DNA of 64,000 nucleotides from Nitrospinales bacterium (GCA_965262115.1 OZ253496.1:1984001-2048000); one strand, 5' to 3'; shown: positions 10,852 to 20,904, counted from the first letter of the stretch. Made by a program: numbers and translations. The notes: a model not told the origin generated them from the sequence alone.

Positions 10852-11916
10852 TCAGGTGAAATTGTAGGCAAAGCATCCGCTGGAACAACGCACCATATAA
10901 TGAGGGCAACTTTTGCAGGGTTCGTTGGGCTGTGCTTCAAACACATGGCCGAGAAACTTGGTATGCATCTTGGTGATTGAAAGTTCGTTGATCTGTTTGA
11001 AGTCCTGGATATTTCCCAGTTTCTTGTTGTGAAACGGGAAACAGTTGAAGCAATCGCCTTTCGGATCGATGTCCATAGGGCTGTCATCCGCACAACCAAA
11101 ATAAAAATCCCGGTCTTTCCATTCCGTGATATTGGGAACGGATTGACTGCCATGATAGAAGAACCGCTCAACCAGCGGATATTCCTCTTCTTCAATTTCG
11201 TCGAGAAGGCAGGGCGGGAATGAACAGTCAAAACGAAAACACATTTGTGGAAATTCTTTAACCATGTCCAGCATCATCCTTCCCATTTTGGGATAATCTC
11301 TGATGGGCAAGGACACGTGGTTATCATCTCCGACTATAGGGAAAGCTGGGCTGACACGAATTTTATATTTTTGTCCCGGCGGCAACCCCAGGGCCTGATA
11401 GATTTCATCAATCTCCCAGCATTGAGTGGATAAATCCTGGTCGATGGAATACAGGTTGAGGCTGAACATGAGTCCGAATCCGTTTTTGCTGAGAATGGCC
11501 TTTGCGACTTCCCGGCAACGGGCATGATTTTTTTCCGAGATATTTTCCATGGTCTGCCAGTTAAGAAGAATAGAGAATTGAATCTGGCGCTCGATACTTC
11601 CTCCCCGGCCGACAGTATGCAAAAGAAGGTCGAGGACTTTATCCGGCATCAAGCCATTTGTGAAAACTCCCAGAAAGGAAAAGGGCTGCATGCCTTCCAG
11701 GGTCCGAGACAGAATATCGTTGAAGTCAGGATGCAGGGTGGGTTCCCCGCCCATGAAATTGATGAGTGAAGCGTTTTTTACCCGGGGTAAAAGCTCGTTC
11801 AGGAAAAAGCCATAGTCCATGGATTTGTCAGGAGTTTTGACATTTTCCTCCATATACTCATCGGCAAAGCAGTAATTACATTTTAGATTACAATAGCTAT
11901 TTAAAATAATGTTCAT
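10852..11916 (-). CDS. Radical SAM protein with SPASM-like C-terminal Cys cluster
   Basis: CNLKCNYC, GGEP and TNG motifs; C-terminal C..DPKGDCFNC...CKSC....CSSGC. Start placed at ATG 11916 (alternative TTG 11946). Confidence 0.85.
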   Translation of the reverse strand: MNIILNSYCNLKCNYCFADEYMEENVKTPDKSMDYGFFLNELLPRVKNASLINFMGGEPTLHPDFNDILSRTLEGMQPFSFLGVFTNGLMPDKVLDLLLHTVGRGGSIERQIQFSILLNWQTMENISEKNHARCREVAKAILSKNGFGLMFSLNLYSIDQDLSTQCWEIDEIYQALGLPPGQKYKIRVSPAFPIVGDDNHVSLPIRDYPKMGRMMLDMVKEFPQMCFRFDCSFPPCLLDEIEEEEYPLVERFFYHGSQSVPNITEWKDRDFYFGCADDSPMDIDPKGDCFNCFPFHNKKLGNIQDFKQINELSITKMHTKFLGHVFEAQPNEPCKSCPHYMVRCSSGCFAYNFT

Positions 11917-12215
11917 ATTCTGATTCTTGCTACCCGGTTGGAGCAAACAAAACTCTGCCGAGATAAAACCTGTGATTGCCCCTGGCGCCCGTATGGGTTT
12001 GGCCTGACAATATCAGGTGGGTTTTCAAAAAAGTAGACTTTCCTACACTATAGTAGATGTATGAATTATGGCAGAAATTACCTATAAATTGTAGGGATAA
12101 ATAGGGTCCAGCCTGAGCTCGTAATAGATTGCAAAAGAGCAGGGCTTAAATTATCTTGAAATCACTCCCCTAAAGCGTCAGAATGAGGTTTTCCTAACCC
12201 ATTTTAGAGAGAGAA

Positions 12216-13106
12216 ATGCTAGCTTTTGCCAAAGATATCACCCAGAACCAGCCCAAAAACTCGAAAGAGTCTGAGGACGATGAGTTGAAGCAGTATATGG
12301 AGTATCAGCGCAAGCTGAACCACGAGCGATTGGTCCATCATGCGCTGGATTACGCCAAAAACCATCTGCAACTCAATATTCAGAAGTCAGATGGCAATGA
12401 GGAGCAGCTGGGCAAATATCTTCAGAAGGCTTTCCCCATTTCCCACCGGTTTGGCGATGCGAAAAAGATCATGCTCATGCTCAGGAAACTGAGCAATGGT
12501 CAAAACGCCAGCAATAACTGGTACCGTATGAATGCCTATTATCATGCGTTGGTTCATGACGGCATGAAACGGTTTGTGAAAATTTACAATCAGATAGTTT
12601 TGGATTCCCCCGATAAGGCCAAGGAGTATGGTACTTCCGAGGGCGCTCAGATCGATTTTGATGACTGGGTTTATTTATATTTTCCCGATCTGGATTTTCA
12701 TATCGGTCATGACCTTGGCTACACGCATTATCCATTCGCCAAGCGAAATAAAGCCATTGAGGATGAAATTGAAAAAAGAATGCAGGCGGGCAGTTCCCGT
12801 GAAGATGCGTTGAAGTCCATTAAAGACGATTATGAAATGGATGATACAACCATCAAAGTTCTGCTGGGGAAACCTGTTGGTGCCGAGGACATGGAACTTT
12901 TTTATACTTCGGTAGAAAATCCTATTTATGAAGCACTGACCGAGGTCGAAGATGGAAGGTGGGGGGTCATGGATGGAGAATCCCGTTTGGACCACTCCTA
13001 TTATATGGGCTCCCATTTGAAAGTCTGGGAGTGGAGGAAACGTGAGGAAGTGGAGGAAGAAGCCGAATCGGTCATGAATGAACTCAGCAAATCTTCCCCA
13101 AAATAG
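12216..13106 (+). CDS. Hypothetical protein
   Basis: 296-aa ORF with a purine-rich RBS; no family recognised. Confidence 0.7.
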   Translation: MLAFAKDITQNQPKNSKESEDDELKQYMEYQRKLNHERLVHHALDYAKNHLQLNIQKSDGNEEQLGKYLQKAFPISHRFGDAKKIMLMLRKLSNGQNASNNWYRMNAYYHALVHDGMKRFVKIYNQIVLDSPDKAKEYGTSEGAQIDFDDWVYLYFPDLDFHIGHDLGYTHYPFAKRNKAIEDEIEKRMQAGSSREDALKSIKDDYEMDDTTIKVLLGKPVGAEDMELFYTSVENPIYEALTEVEDGRWGVMDGESRLDHSYYMGSHLKVWEWRKREEVEEEAESVMNELSKSSPK

Positions 13107-13141
13107 TCCACTGGGCGTGGAGCCAGACTGAGGAAGGTGGG

Positions 13142-13432
13142 GTTCAGCAAAGGCGCGACGAGCTTCAACAAAGACGTGATGAGTTTCAGCAAAGGCGGCA
13201 TGAGTTTCAAGAGAACCGTCAGGAGCGAAGAGACGCTAGGCAGGACAGACGGCAGGATTGAGGAAGTAATTCCCAGGGGCGAGGCCGTTCCGAGTTTGGT
13301 CAACGTCAAGGTGGTGAGCGAGGTGGGCAGGGTAGACAGGGTATGAGCCAACAACGTGGTGGTCAACGAGGCGGCGGCGAAGGTCGTTCTAATCGGGGCG
13401 GTGGTGGCCAGGGGAAAAGAGGTCGAAAATAG
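13142..13432 (+). pseudogene. Orphan 3' gene fragment: 7-aa repeats plus RGG-rich tail
   Basis: Reads VQQRRDE LQQRRDE FQQRRHE FQENRQE...(TGA at 13259)...GGERGGQGRQG..RGGQRGGGEGRSNRGGGGQGKRGRK*. No start codon. Confidence 0.55.
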
Positions 13433-13460
13433 CGCAAAAACTATTTTCTTCCGCTACACC

Positions 13461-14318
13461 TCAGCCTGTTTGCTTGAGAAATTGTTTCAGGAATCCGGCC
13501 ACTGCCTGCGCGTTATCCCGAATGAATTCCAGATCCAGCGTTTCCAGTGTGTCACTCGGTTGGTGATAATTCGGGTTCCTGAAAAAAGCCGTGTCGGTGA
13601 CCATGACCGCGGGGAGTCCTGCGTCCCAAAAGGGGGAATGGTCGCTCAGCCGAACTTCCGAGAAATTTTCTCCTTGTCCCGGAACTATCAGGGTCTCCAC
13701 TTTAAGAGAGGGGACAGAGCGGACCATCCCTCTGGCTAAACTTTGTGCCAGGTCGGCCGAAGGTTCGTTGCCCACGACGGCGATAAAGTCGCCGGTATCC
13801 GGATACTGGTCGGGGTCCACATAAGGAGGGTAGGACTGGGAGCCGGGTTGTGTGTTTTTGAATCCCACCATCTCCAGAGAGATCATCCCTGAAATCCGAA
13901 TTTTTCGTTCAGCATCGTGGTCGATAAAATGTTTGGCGCCGATGAACCCATACTCTTTCAAAGTGAAGGCCGCAAAAATGAGGGGTTTCAATAAAGGGCC
14001 TCGGCAAAGGTTGCGGGCAATTTCTAAAAGTGCTGTGACGGCGCTGGCGTTGTCGTCGGCTCCGGGCGAATCGGGAACGGAGTCGTAATGCGCCGCCAGA
14101 ACGAAAAGGTCGTCTGTCTCGCCGGGCATCTGTGCCAGAATATTTTGCAACTGGATTCCCTCAAACTCCACCGTCTCTCGACTGACTTTAAGACCCATCG
14201 CTTCAAACTGGCCAGATATATATTGCGCTGTTTTCTCAAGGTGCTGGGGCCGGGTGAAGGGGTTTCTTTCTCCTACCAGATTTTCGAGGTGCTGGCGGAT
14301 TTTGTCCGGTTCAGTCAT
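13461..14318 (-). CDS. M28-family Zn peptidase (catalytic EE altered to KE)
   Basis: AHYDS, GADDNAS, SLEMVG, SDHSPF and YHQPSD motifs. Confidence 0.85.
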   Translation of the reverse strand: MTEPDKIRQHLENLVGERNPFTRPQHLEKTAQYISGQFEAMGLKVSRETVEFEGIQLQNILAQMPGETDDLFVLAAHYDSVPDSPGADDNASAVTALLEIARNLCRGPLLKPLIFAAFTLKEYGFIGAKHFIDHDAERKIRISGMISLEMVGFKNTQPGSQSYPPYVDPDQYPDTGDFIAVVGNEPSADLAQSLARGMVRSVPSLKVETLIVPGQGENFSEVRLSDHSPFWDAGLPAVMVTDTAFFRNPNYHQPSDTLETLDLEFIRDNAQAVAGFLKQFLKQTG

Positions 14319-14453
14319 CGCGGCGGTTTTTCTCCGGGCAGTACTTTTTTTCCACTCCCGTGGGAGGGAATAGGTTCCCAGCCTTCAGCGGATCGCCGGG
14401 CCTAGTGGACTTTAACTCTTTACAAATATTATTGAAAGTCATAACATGACCGC

Positions 14454-14768
14454 ATGCTTAAGGTGGAATGTTATACAGGTTCAAAATCACAAGAAAATCC
14501 GGTGGCCTTCGTACTGAGAGACAGCCGTTACAAGGTGGAGGAGGTTATTGACCGCTGGTATGGAGAAGGCTCTACTTACTTTAAAGTCAAAGCGGATGAT
14601 GACAATATCTACCTTCTCAAATACGATAAGCGATCCAACCACTGGGAATGGGTTTTTTACCAGAACCCCAGCAGGATGAATGCCCTGCCTTATTCACTCT
14701 CTGGAATGAATCCGTTTCGTAAAGCCAGGTGGGAGGAAATGGACCCGGACAATCGGTTTCTATCCTGA
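14454..14768 (+). CDS. Small conserved-type hypothetical protein
   Basis: 104 aa containing VEEVIDRWYG..YFKVKADD. Confidence 0.65.
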   Translation: MLKVECYTGSKSQENPVAFVLRDSRYKVEEVIDRWYGEGSTYFKVKADDDNIYLLKYDKRSNHWEWVFYQNPSRMNALPYSLSGMNPFRKARWEEMDPDNRFLS

Positions 14769-14816
14769 ACAAACCCGCTTTCTAACAAATAAAACTTCGT
14801 CCTCGATGGAGAGGTT

Positions 14817-15485
14817 ATGAACCGCTTGTCTCCGGAATTGATCCAGTCCCACGCCGGGCAACGCCGAAAAATGGTTGAAGAACAATTGGTCGAGCGGGGG
14901 ATCAAGGATCTGCGTTTGATGGAAGTGATGAGCCGGGTGCCCCGTCACCTGTTCGCTCAGGAGTCCTTGCAACACCGGGCCTATGGCGACACCCCCCTGC
15001 CGATAGGAGAAAACCAGACGCTTTCCCAGCCTTATATCGTAGGAGCTATGACAGCAGCGCTTGGCCTGAAAGGCGAAGAAAGGGTTCTGGAAATTGGCAC
15101 CGGCTCTGGTTATCAAACCGCTATTATTGCGGAACTGGCCGGTCAGGTTTTTACCATCGAACGTTTGAACAACCTTTCCAGAAAAGCCCAAAAGATTCTG
15201 GAAGGGCTCAATTATATGAACATTGTTTTTAAGATGTTCGATGGAACTTATGGCTGGCCTGACCAGGCTCCGTTTGATGCGATCCTGATCACCGCTTCGG
15301 CCAAGGAAATTCCTGAATCGCTGGTCAAGCAGTTGGGAGACGGCGGTCGGCTGGTAGCGCCCATCGGAGAGGCGGACAATCAGAAACTGGTGGTGCTGAC
15401 CAAAACGGGAACCCGTGTCAGCCGCCGCGATTTGGGCGATTGTAAATTTGTCCCGCTGATTGGAAAATACGGTTGGCAAGCGTGA
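14817..15485 (+). CDS. pcm: Protein-L-isoaspartate O-methyltransferase
   Basis: VPRHLF, QTLSQPY, LEIGTGSGYQ and APFDAI motifs. Confidence 0.95.
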   Translation: MNRLSPELIQSHAGQRRKMVEEQLVERGIKDLRLMEVMSRVPRHLFAQESLQHRAYGDTPLPIGENQTLSQPYIVGAMTAALGLKGEERVLEIGTGSGYQTAIIAELAGQVFTIERLNNLSRKAQKILEGLNYMNIVFKMFDGTYGWPDQAPFDAILITASAKEIPESLVKQLGDGGRLVAPIGEADNQKLVVLTKTGTRVSRRDLGDCKFVPLIGKYGWQA

Positions 15486-15547
15486 CGCTTGACCCAAAGG
15501 ATAACGGTTCCTTCAGCCAGAGGGTAATTTTTTTAAGAGGGTGCGCG

Positions 15548-16090
15548 GTGTTTTCCAGAATTATAAAGAAAGGTAATTTTGTTCTCAGTTCGGGAGTTAA
15601 ATCGAGTTATACCTATGAGTATGGAGACCTGTCGGATGCCATGAACGAGGCTTATTGCGAGGTTCTTCTGAAAAAACTTTTAGCCTGGCAAAAGCAACAC
15701 GGAAAGTTCAGCGTGGTAGTGGGTTGTGAAACCCAGGGCATTCGCATCGGCCACCGATTATCCAAGCTGATGAACCTGCCATTTTATATCATGCCGAAAA
15801 AGCGGTTGGACTACGTCCAGATCGCCGCTTCGACTTATCCTCCAGAGACGCATTGGTTGATTGTTGATGACATTGTCACCACCGGGCATCCCTTCATCCG
15901 TGCAGTGGATTATCTGGAGGTGGAAGAAAAGCCCGAGACCATTACCTTTGCCTGCATGGTCAAACGGAATCCCGCAAACCTGGACTATTCGGCGGTACAG
16001 GGTGATCCGGAAAAAGAACAGTTAATGGTTTCAGATGAGAGGATGGATTTTATCGATAAGCGTCTGGTGGCGTTGTACAGTGAAGAGTAA
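15548..16090 (+). CDS. Type I phosphoribosyltransferase (PyrE-like, divergent)
   Basis: GNFVLSSG and PRPP-binding LIVDDIVTTG motifs; GTG start after an AAGAGG RBS. Confidence 0.7.
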   Translation: MFSRIIKKGNFVLSSGVKSSYTYEYGDLSDAMNEAYCEVLLKKLLAWQKQHGKFSVVVGCETQGIRIGHRLSKLMNLPFYIMPKKRLDYVQIAASTYPPETHWLIVDDIVTTGHPFIRAVDYLEVEEKPETITFACMVKRNPANLDYSAVQGDPEKEQLMVSDERMDFIDKRLVALYSEE

Positions 16091-16178
16091 AGAGTGCCAT
16101 TAAAGTGCTTTGGCCATGAGCAAAAAGGTTGTTTTGAAAGCAGACAAACCTTTTGAAGGGTAAAAGAGGCAATCCTGA

Positions 16179-17138
16179 ATGCGGAAATTAGGTTGCGTAG
16201 AAATCTGTGCCGGTGCCGGTGGCCAAGCGATCAGCTTAGAGCGAGCGGGGTTTGAACCAGAAGCTTTGGTTGAAATTGATAGGCCGTGTTGTGATACCTT
16301 GCGGCATAACCGGTCTGAATGGAATGTTGTTGAAGGAGACTTGAAAGAATTTAAAGGTAGACAGTTTAAGGGCATTGATCTCCTTGCGGGTGGCGTACCT
16401 TGCCCTCCTTTCTCCAAAGCCGGCAAACAGCTTGGTGAACAAGATGATCGCGACCTTTTCCCCGAAGCCCTTCGACTGGTGGCGGAGTGTAAGCCGCGTG
16501 CGGTTATGCTGGAGAATGTCCGTGGTTTCCTGGACGCAGTGTTTGAGGACTACCGATGCCATCTCAAACAACAATTAAAGAAGATGGGTTATGAAACGGA
16601 TTGGAGGTTATTGAATGCTTCTGATTTTGGCGTTTCTCAGCTTCGGCCACGGGTTGTGATAGTCGCTATAAAAAAAGATTCATGGGAGAATGTTTCCTGG
16701 CCAACAGCACGAGAACATAACCCGCCAACCGTTGGAAACCTTCTTTACGATCAGATGAGAGTGAATGGCTGGAGAGGAGTTAAGAGATGGCGAGAGCAAG
16801 CGGATGACATTGCTCCTACCATTGTAGGCGGATCAAAAAAGCATGGTGGTCCCGATCTTGGCCCGACCCGGGCACGGAAAGCCTGGGCCACTCTTGGTGT
16901 TGATGGTTTGGAAATAGCCAACGAACCGCCGGAAAGAGATTTTGTTGGAATGCCCAAACTGACTGTGTCAATGGTTGCCCGGTTACAAGGTTTTCCAGAT
17001 GACTGGGAGTTTATGGGGAAAAAGACCCCAGCCTACCGGCAAGTGGGGAATGCATTTCCTCCTCCCGTTGCTCATGCGGTGGCAGAACAAATTTTCAAGT
17101 GTGTAGCGTCCAAGAAAATTTATGCCGTGTCAGGATGA
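16179..17138 (+). CDS. C5-cytosine DNA methyltransferase (M.NaeI/M.NgoMIV-like)
   Basis: CAGAGG, GGVPCPPFS, ENV, QLRPR and QVGNA motifs; target-recognition segment GGSKKHGGPDLGPTRAR. Confidence 0.92.
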   Translation: MRKLGCVEICAGAGGQAISLERAGFEPEALVEIDRPCCDTLRHNRSEWNVVEGDLKEFKGRQFKGIDLLAGGVPCPPFSKAGKQLGEQDDRDLFPEALRLVAECKPRAVMLENVRGFLDAVFEDYRCHLKQQLKKMGYETDWRLLNASDFGVSQLRPRVVIVAIKKDSWENVSWPTAREHNPPTVGNLLYDQMRVNGWRGVKRWREQADDIAPTIVGGSKKHGGPDLGPTRARKAWATLGVDGLEIANEPPERDFVGMPKLTVSMVARLQGFPDDWEFMGKKTPAYRQVGNAFPPPVAHAVAEQIFKCVASKKIYAVSG

Positions 17139-17150
17139 GAGATCACATGA

Positions 17151-17735
17151 ATGGTTAAAAAAGTTGGCGCCCGGACAAAATTAAGAGAACATTTTCTATC
17201 CAATATTGGAAGAGTTATGGGTTCCGATGAGTTGAGGGATGTAGCCGGAGGAATAACAGAATGGGCAAGAAGGGTTCGGGAACTACGTACCGAGGAAGGC
17301 TACCAAATTCAAACGCACAATGACCGAAGCGAGTTGAAACCCGGTCAATATGTTCTTTATAATTCTAACCCTTTGCCTGCCTTTGAACGTATGATTTCGA
17401 AGGAAACGCGGACTTTTGTCTTGGACAGGAATGGGTTTACTTGTCAGATGTGTGGGGCTGTAGCCGGAGAACAGCATCCCTATGAGGGCAGTAGAAAAAC
17501 TCGACTACATATTTGCCATATTGTTGATAAATCTCAGGGAGGAACTGATGATTCATCCAATCTTAGGGCAATTTGTTCCGTATGCAATGAAGGGGCTTCA
17601 AACCTGACCCTTGAGAGGCCTTCGGATTTAAAGTTATTGGCGCAGGTGAGACGAGCCAAAGGTGGGGACCAAGTTGAACTATTAAAGTGGTTAGTGCAAA
17701 AGTATCCCAAAAAGGCTAAAGAGTTTTTAGAATAG
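17151..17735 (+). CDS. HNH endonuclease, putative cognate restriction enzyme (KpnI-like architecture)
   Basis: N-terminal EWARRVRELR; CQMC...HICH...NLRAICSVCN Zn-HNH; co-oriented with the MTase. Confidence 0.8.
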   Translation: MVKKVGARTKLREHFLSNIGRVMGSDELRDVAGGITEWARRVRELRTEEGYQIQTHNDRSELKPGQYVLYNSNPLPAFERMISKETRTFVLDRNGFTCQMCGAVAGEQHPYEGSRKTRLHICHIVDKSQGGTDDSSNLRAICSVCNEGASNLTLERPSDLKLLAQVRRAKGGDQVELLKWLVQKYPKKAKEFLE

Positions 17736-17787
17736 GATGTCTTCTGCAAAAATTATCTTTGTATTTCCAAAAGATTCCGAAGATTGA

Positions 17788-19146
17788 TCAGCTTTTTTTG
17801 ATCAGGTAATAGACGATTCCCCGTTCATGGTAGTGACCAGCTTTAGCTCCAGCTTCTTGCCCGGTTCCAAAAAACAGATCCCCCCGTCCCGGTCCGCGAA
17901 TAGCGCTTCCGGTATCCTGATCCACCACAAATCTTGAAATGGGTTGCCAGCGGACGATCTTGTTGTTCTTGTCGAGCACGGGTTGCCGGACTTTTATGAA
18001 GGCCAGTCCTCCGGCCGGATAAATGGATTTGTCGGTGGCGATAGAACGTCCGCCCACGAGTTCTCCTCCTCCTGACCCACGCGGCCCATCATCGTTGAGG
18101 GTGAAAAAGATATAGCGTTTATTCTGGTAGAGGTACTTGGCGGTATCCTGCGGATGATCGGCGAAATATTTTTTGATGCCTTGCATGGAACCTTGCGAGA
18201 TATCGATGACCCCATCTTGAATCATCAGTTTCCCGATGCCGGTGTAGGAATATTGGTTGGAGCCTTGATAGCCCACACCCTGCCGGCTTCCATCGGGAAA
18301 CTCCAACAGGCCGGAACCTTGAATATGCAGGAAGAACCGATCAAGATCGTCCTTGAGCCAAGCGACTTCCAGTCCCTGTCCTCTTAAGACACCTTTGCGG
18401 TCAATTTCCTCGCGGGTGAAACGCTGCCACGCCTTTTTTTTCAAATAAGATTCGCGGACTTTTTTAATCCCGGTATGGGTGCCGACCCGTTGAATCCAGT
18501 TTTTATACTTCACCTGTGGCAGACCTTGTTGGGGCATCTGGTAGATCGGGTAGCGATAGAGGGGGGTTCGCACCGGACTGGCCTGCATGACAGGCCGGTA
18601 ATAACCGGTGAACAGCATTTTTTTATTTTTTCCTTTGCCGACCCGGTAGAGAACGAATTCTTCTGAAATCTTTTTGTTGAATTCCTCAAAAGGCAGATCG
18701 CGCTTTAGAATATTTAAGAAAGTTTCCAGGGTTTCCACAAGACGTCCGCGCGTCAAGGTGAACGACCCCAGCCTGACGGGAGTAGAAGTCTCTTGTTCAA
18801 ACATGGCCTGGAGTTGGTTGGTGATGGCTTTTTCCAGCGAGGCGCGGCCCAAATCGTCGGCGAACCCTACCAAGTTGTCAAGAGTGGCCGGACCGCTGAG
18901 CGATTCCAACTCCTGTTCCAGACTTTTTTCGCTTTCCTTATCTAATTTCCGGAGTCTGTCTCTCCGGTAGTTGAAATCATAGTCCTTAAGATTTCCAAGT
19001 TTTCCGGCACGGTCCGGGTAAGAGCCTGTGCGGGAGCCCGGTCCTTTGGTGGAGCAGGATGCGACTAAAAAGAAAAGGCTTAGAATAAAGATGAAGAGAA
19101 GAGTTGAATTTTTTTTGAAAAGAGGCCGTTGCGGGATCAAATTCAT
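17788..19146 (-). CDS. mltA: Membrane-bound lytic transglycosylase A (lipoprotein)
   Basis: Lipobox VASC; FTGYY, FFLHIQGSG and DTGSAIRG..RGDLFFG motifs. Confidence 0.92.
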   Translation of the reverse strand: MNLIPQRPLFKKNSTLLFIFILSLFFLVASCSTKGPGSRTGSYPDRAGKLGNLKDYDFNYRRDRLRKLDKESEKSLEQELESLSGPATLDNLVGFADDLGRASLEKAITNQLQAMFEQETSTPVRLGSFTLTRGRLVETLETFLNILKRDLPFEEFNKKISEEFVLYRVGKGKNKKMLFTGYYRPVMQASPVRTPLYRYPIYQMPQQGLPQVKYKNWIQRVGTHTGIKKVRESYLKKKAWQRFTREEIDRKGVLRGQGLEVAWLKDDLDRFFLHIQGSGLLEFPDGSRQGVGYQGSNQYSYTGIGKLMIQDGVIDISQGSMQGIKKYFADHPQDTAKYLYQNKRYIFFTLNDDGPRGSGGGELVGGRSIATDKSIYPAGGLAFIKVRQPVLDKNNKIVRWQPISRFVVDQDTGSAIRGPGRGDLFFGTGQEAGAKAGHYHERGIVYYLIKKS

Positions 19147-19212
19147 TCTATCGTCCGATTAAAAATCTATAGTTTATGATCGGTTCTTTTACCCGTGTCT
19201 TTAGTGGGTATT

Positions 19213-19644
19213 CTAAAGTTCTGCAATGGCTTCATTAGCCAGTTGGTCACAGCGTTCGTTTTGCGGATGGCCATTGTGGCCTTTCACCCAAATCCATTGG
19301 ATGGTATGGGGCTGGCTCACCTTATCCAGTTCCTGCCAGAGCTCCCGGTTTTTCACGGGTTGGCGCGATGCCGTTTTCCAGCCGTTGCGGATCCAGCCTT
19401 TCATCCATTCTGTCATTCCCTTTACGACATATTGCGAATCGGTCGTTAATTTAATCTCGCAGGGTTCCTGGAGCTGTTTGAGCGCGACGATGGCGGCGGT
19501 CATTTCCATGATGTTGTTGGTGGTTTGTGGATGCCCCCCCTTGAATTCCTGAATGTCACCATTTTGTTGAATGATGCATCCGTAACCGCCGGGACCCGGA
19601 TTGCCCTTGCATCCCCCGTCGGTAAATATTTCGACTTTTTTCAT
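19213..19644 (-). CDS. rnhA: Ribonuclease HI
   Basis: [26 protein letters not shown] and WVKGH..NERCD motifs. Confidence 0.97.
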   Translation of the reverse strand: MKKVEIFTDGGCKGNPGPGGYGCIIQQNGDIQEFKGGHPQTTNNIMEMTAAIVALKQLQEPCEIKLTTDSQYVVKGMTEWMKGWIRNGWKTASRQPVKNRELWQELDKVSQPHTIQWIWVKGHNGHPQNERCDQLANEAIAEL

Positions 19645-19892
19645 GATTCGGATTCTTGATAAGAATGGATGGTGTTGACCGGGATTGGAGTCCTGTTTTT
19701 AGACATGGCCACGAGTTCCAGATTTTCTGCCTCAACTATAACACATTCTTTTTATTGAAGAAATTTGATTCCTGTGATTTTTTATCGATTCTTCAAAAGA
19801 AGTGGACGAAAAGCTGTGATAAATTGTTTTTTGTGATCCGGGGTGGCGCAAACGGAAACCTTTAAAGTGCCCTTAAGATTGCAGGGATGTGA

Positions 19893-20402
19893 ATGGAAAA
19901 AAGAAAAACAGAGAGTGCGGATACGGGCAGGGCTTCGTTTCAATGTATGGATGCGATTGAGATCAGTCTATTCATTGAAAAGGAAGGCCTGTTTTTTTAT
20001 GAGTCGGCGGGCAAGAAAGTTCAGAATCCCAAGGTCCGGGAGATGTTTTCCCGTTTGGCCGATGAGGAGAGAGAACATATCCAGACCCTGCAGGAAAAGT
20101 CCCGCTACCTGCAACCGGCCATAGCGAGTCGGAGCAGGCCCAAAGAGCATTTGTCGCGTTTTATTAGTGAAGAACTGGAGGGAAAAATTTTTCCTGCTGT
20201 GAGTGTTTCTTCCACGCAAAATATTGATAGCGACACGCAGGCTCTCGACTTGGGCATTGAATCGGAAAGAAGATCCATTGAAATGCTTCAGAGTTTGTTG
20301 GAGAAAGAGAAGAAGCTGGATGTGAAGGTCATCTTTTCGCATTTGCTGGTCGAGGAGAAAAAACACCTCTCCATGTTGCAGGATTTGAAAACGAAACTCT
20401 AA
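19893..20402 (+). CDS. Ferritin-like/rubrerythrin-family di-iron protein
   Basis: Two E...EExxH units (IEKEG..FY..LADEEREH; SE..S..EEKKH). Confidence 0.85.
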   Translation: MEKRKTESADTGRASFQCMDAIEISLFIEKEGLFFYESAGKKVQNPKVREMFSRLADEEREHIQTLQEKSRYLQPAIASRSRPKEHLSRFISEELEGKIFPAVSVSSTQNIDSDTQALDLGIESERRSIEMLQSLLEKEKKLDVKVIFSHLLVEEKKHLSMLQDLKTKL

Positions 20403-20408
20403 CCGGCG

Positions 20409-20562
20409 CCACTCGGCGTACCCCTTCGGGGCATGAAACAAGTGAAGGGGATACCACATGCTACCAGTAGCCGTGATATACTTCCTTGGTTGTGATGACC
20501 TCTTCATTATTCTTCATGCCCGGCACGGGTACTTCATGCCCCGAAAGGGGTACGCGGAGTAG
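20409..20562. repeat. REP-like palindromic element (empty IS110 target family)
   Basis: Inverted arms CCACTCGGCGTACCCCTTCGGGGCATGAA...TTCATGCCCCGAAAGGGGTACGCGGAGTAG; related half-copies near 29344/30551, 36955-37010, 37160-37192 and 48200. Confidence 0.8.
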
Positions 20563-20875
20563 AGGCGAAGGGCGAATAAAACGGTAACGCCAGCTTATAG
20601 GACTCGTCAAATTGTCGATAAGCCGGGAATGGGGGTTTTTTGAGCCCTTGTCGATGTAAGCGGAGTTGCAGAAATTGTCGAATGTTTGTAGGGATTTAGT
20701 ACCTTTTATCTTCCAAACCTCTTACTAAATAAAGGTTTAAGGACTTTAATCCTTGCTCCGAGGGGCCTGTGGGCTCGGCTGGATTTTGGAATTATATTCA
20801 GGTGCAGGCAGGGGCCGGGATATACTGGGTAAACACGAAGTTAAGAATGACCTAAGCTATTTCAGTTATTAAGGT

Positions 20876-20904
20876 TTGACAACTTTTTTGGCCTGGTTTA
20901 TGAT
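20876..20904 (+). promoter_or_regulatory. Sigma70-type promoter of the for operon
   Basis: TTGACA-N17-TATGAT, 45 bp upstream of the ATG at 20950. Confidence 0.7.

Noticed and set aside
13142..13230. Tandem 21-bp repeats as a possible CRISPR array
   Set aside because: No spacers, the units are degenerate with codon periodicity, and no cas genes are present.
19836..19870. CGGGGTGGCGCA resembling a tRNA 5' end or a riboswitch
   Set aside because: No T-arm (GTTC), acceptor pairing or second stem follows.
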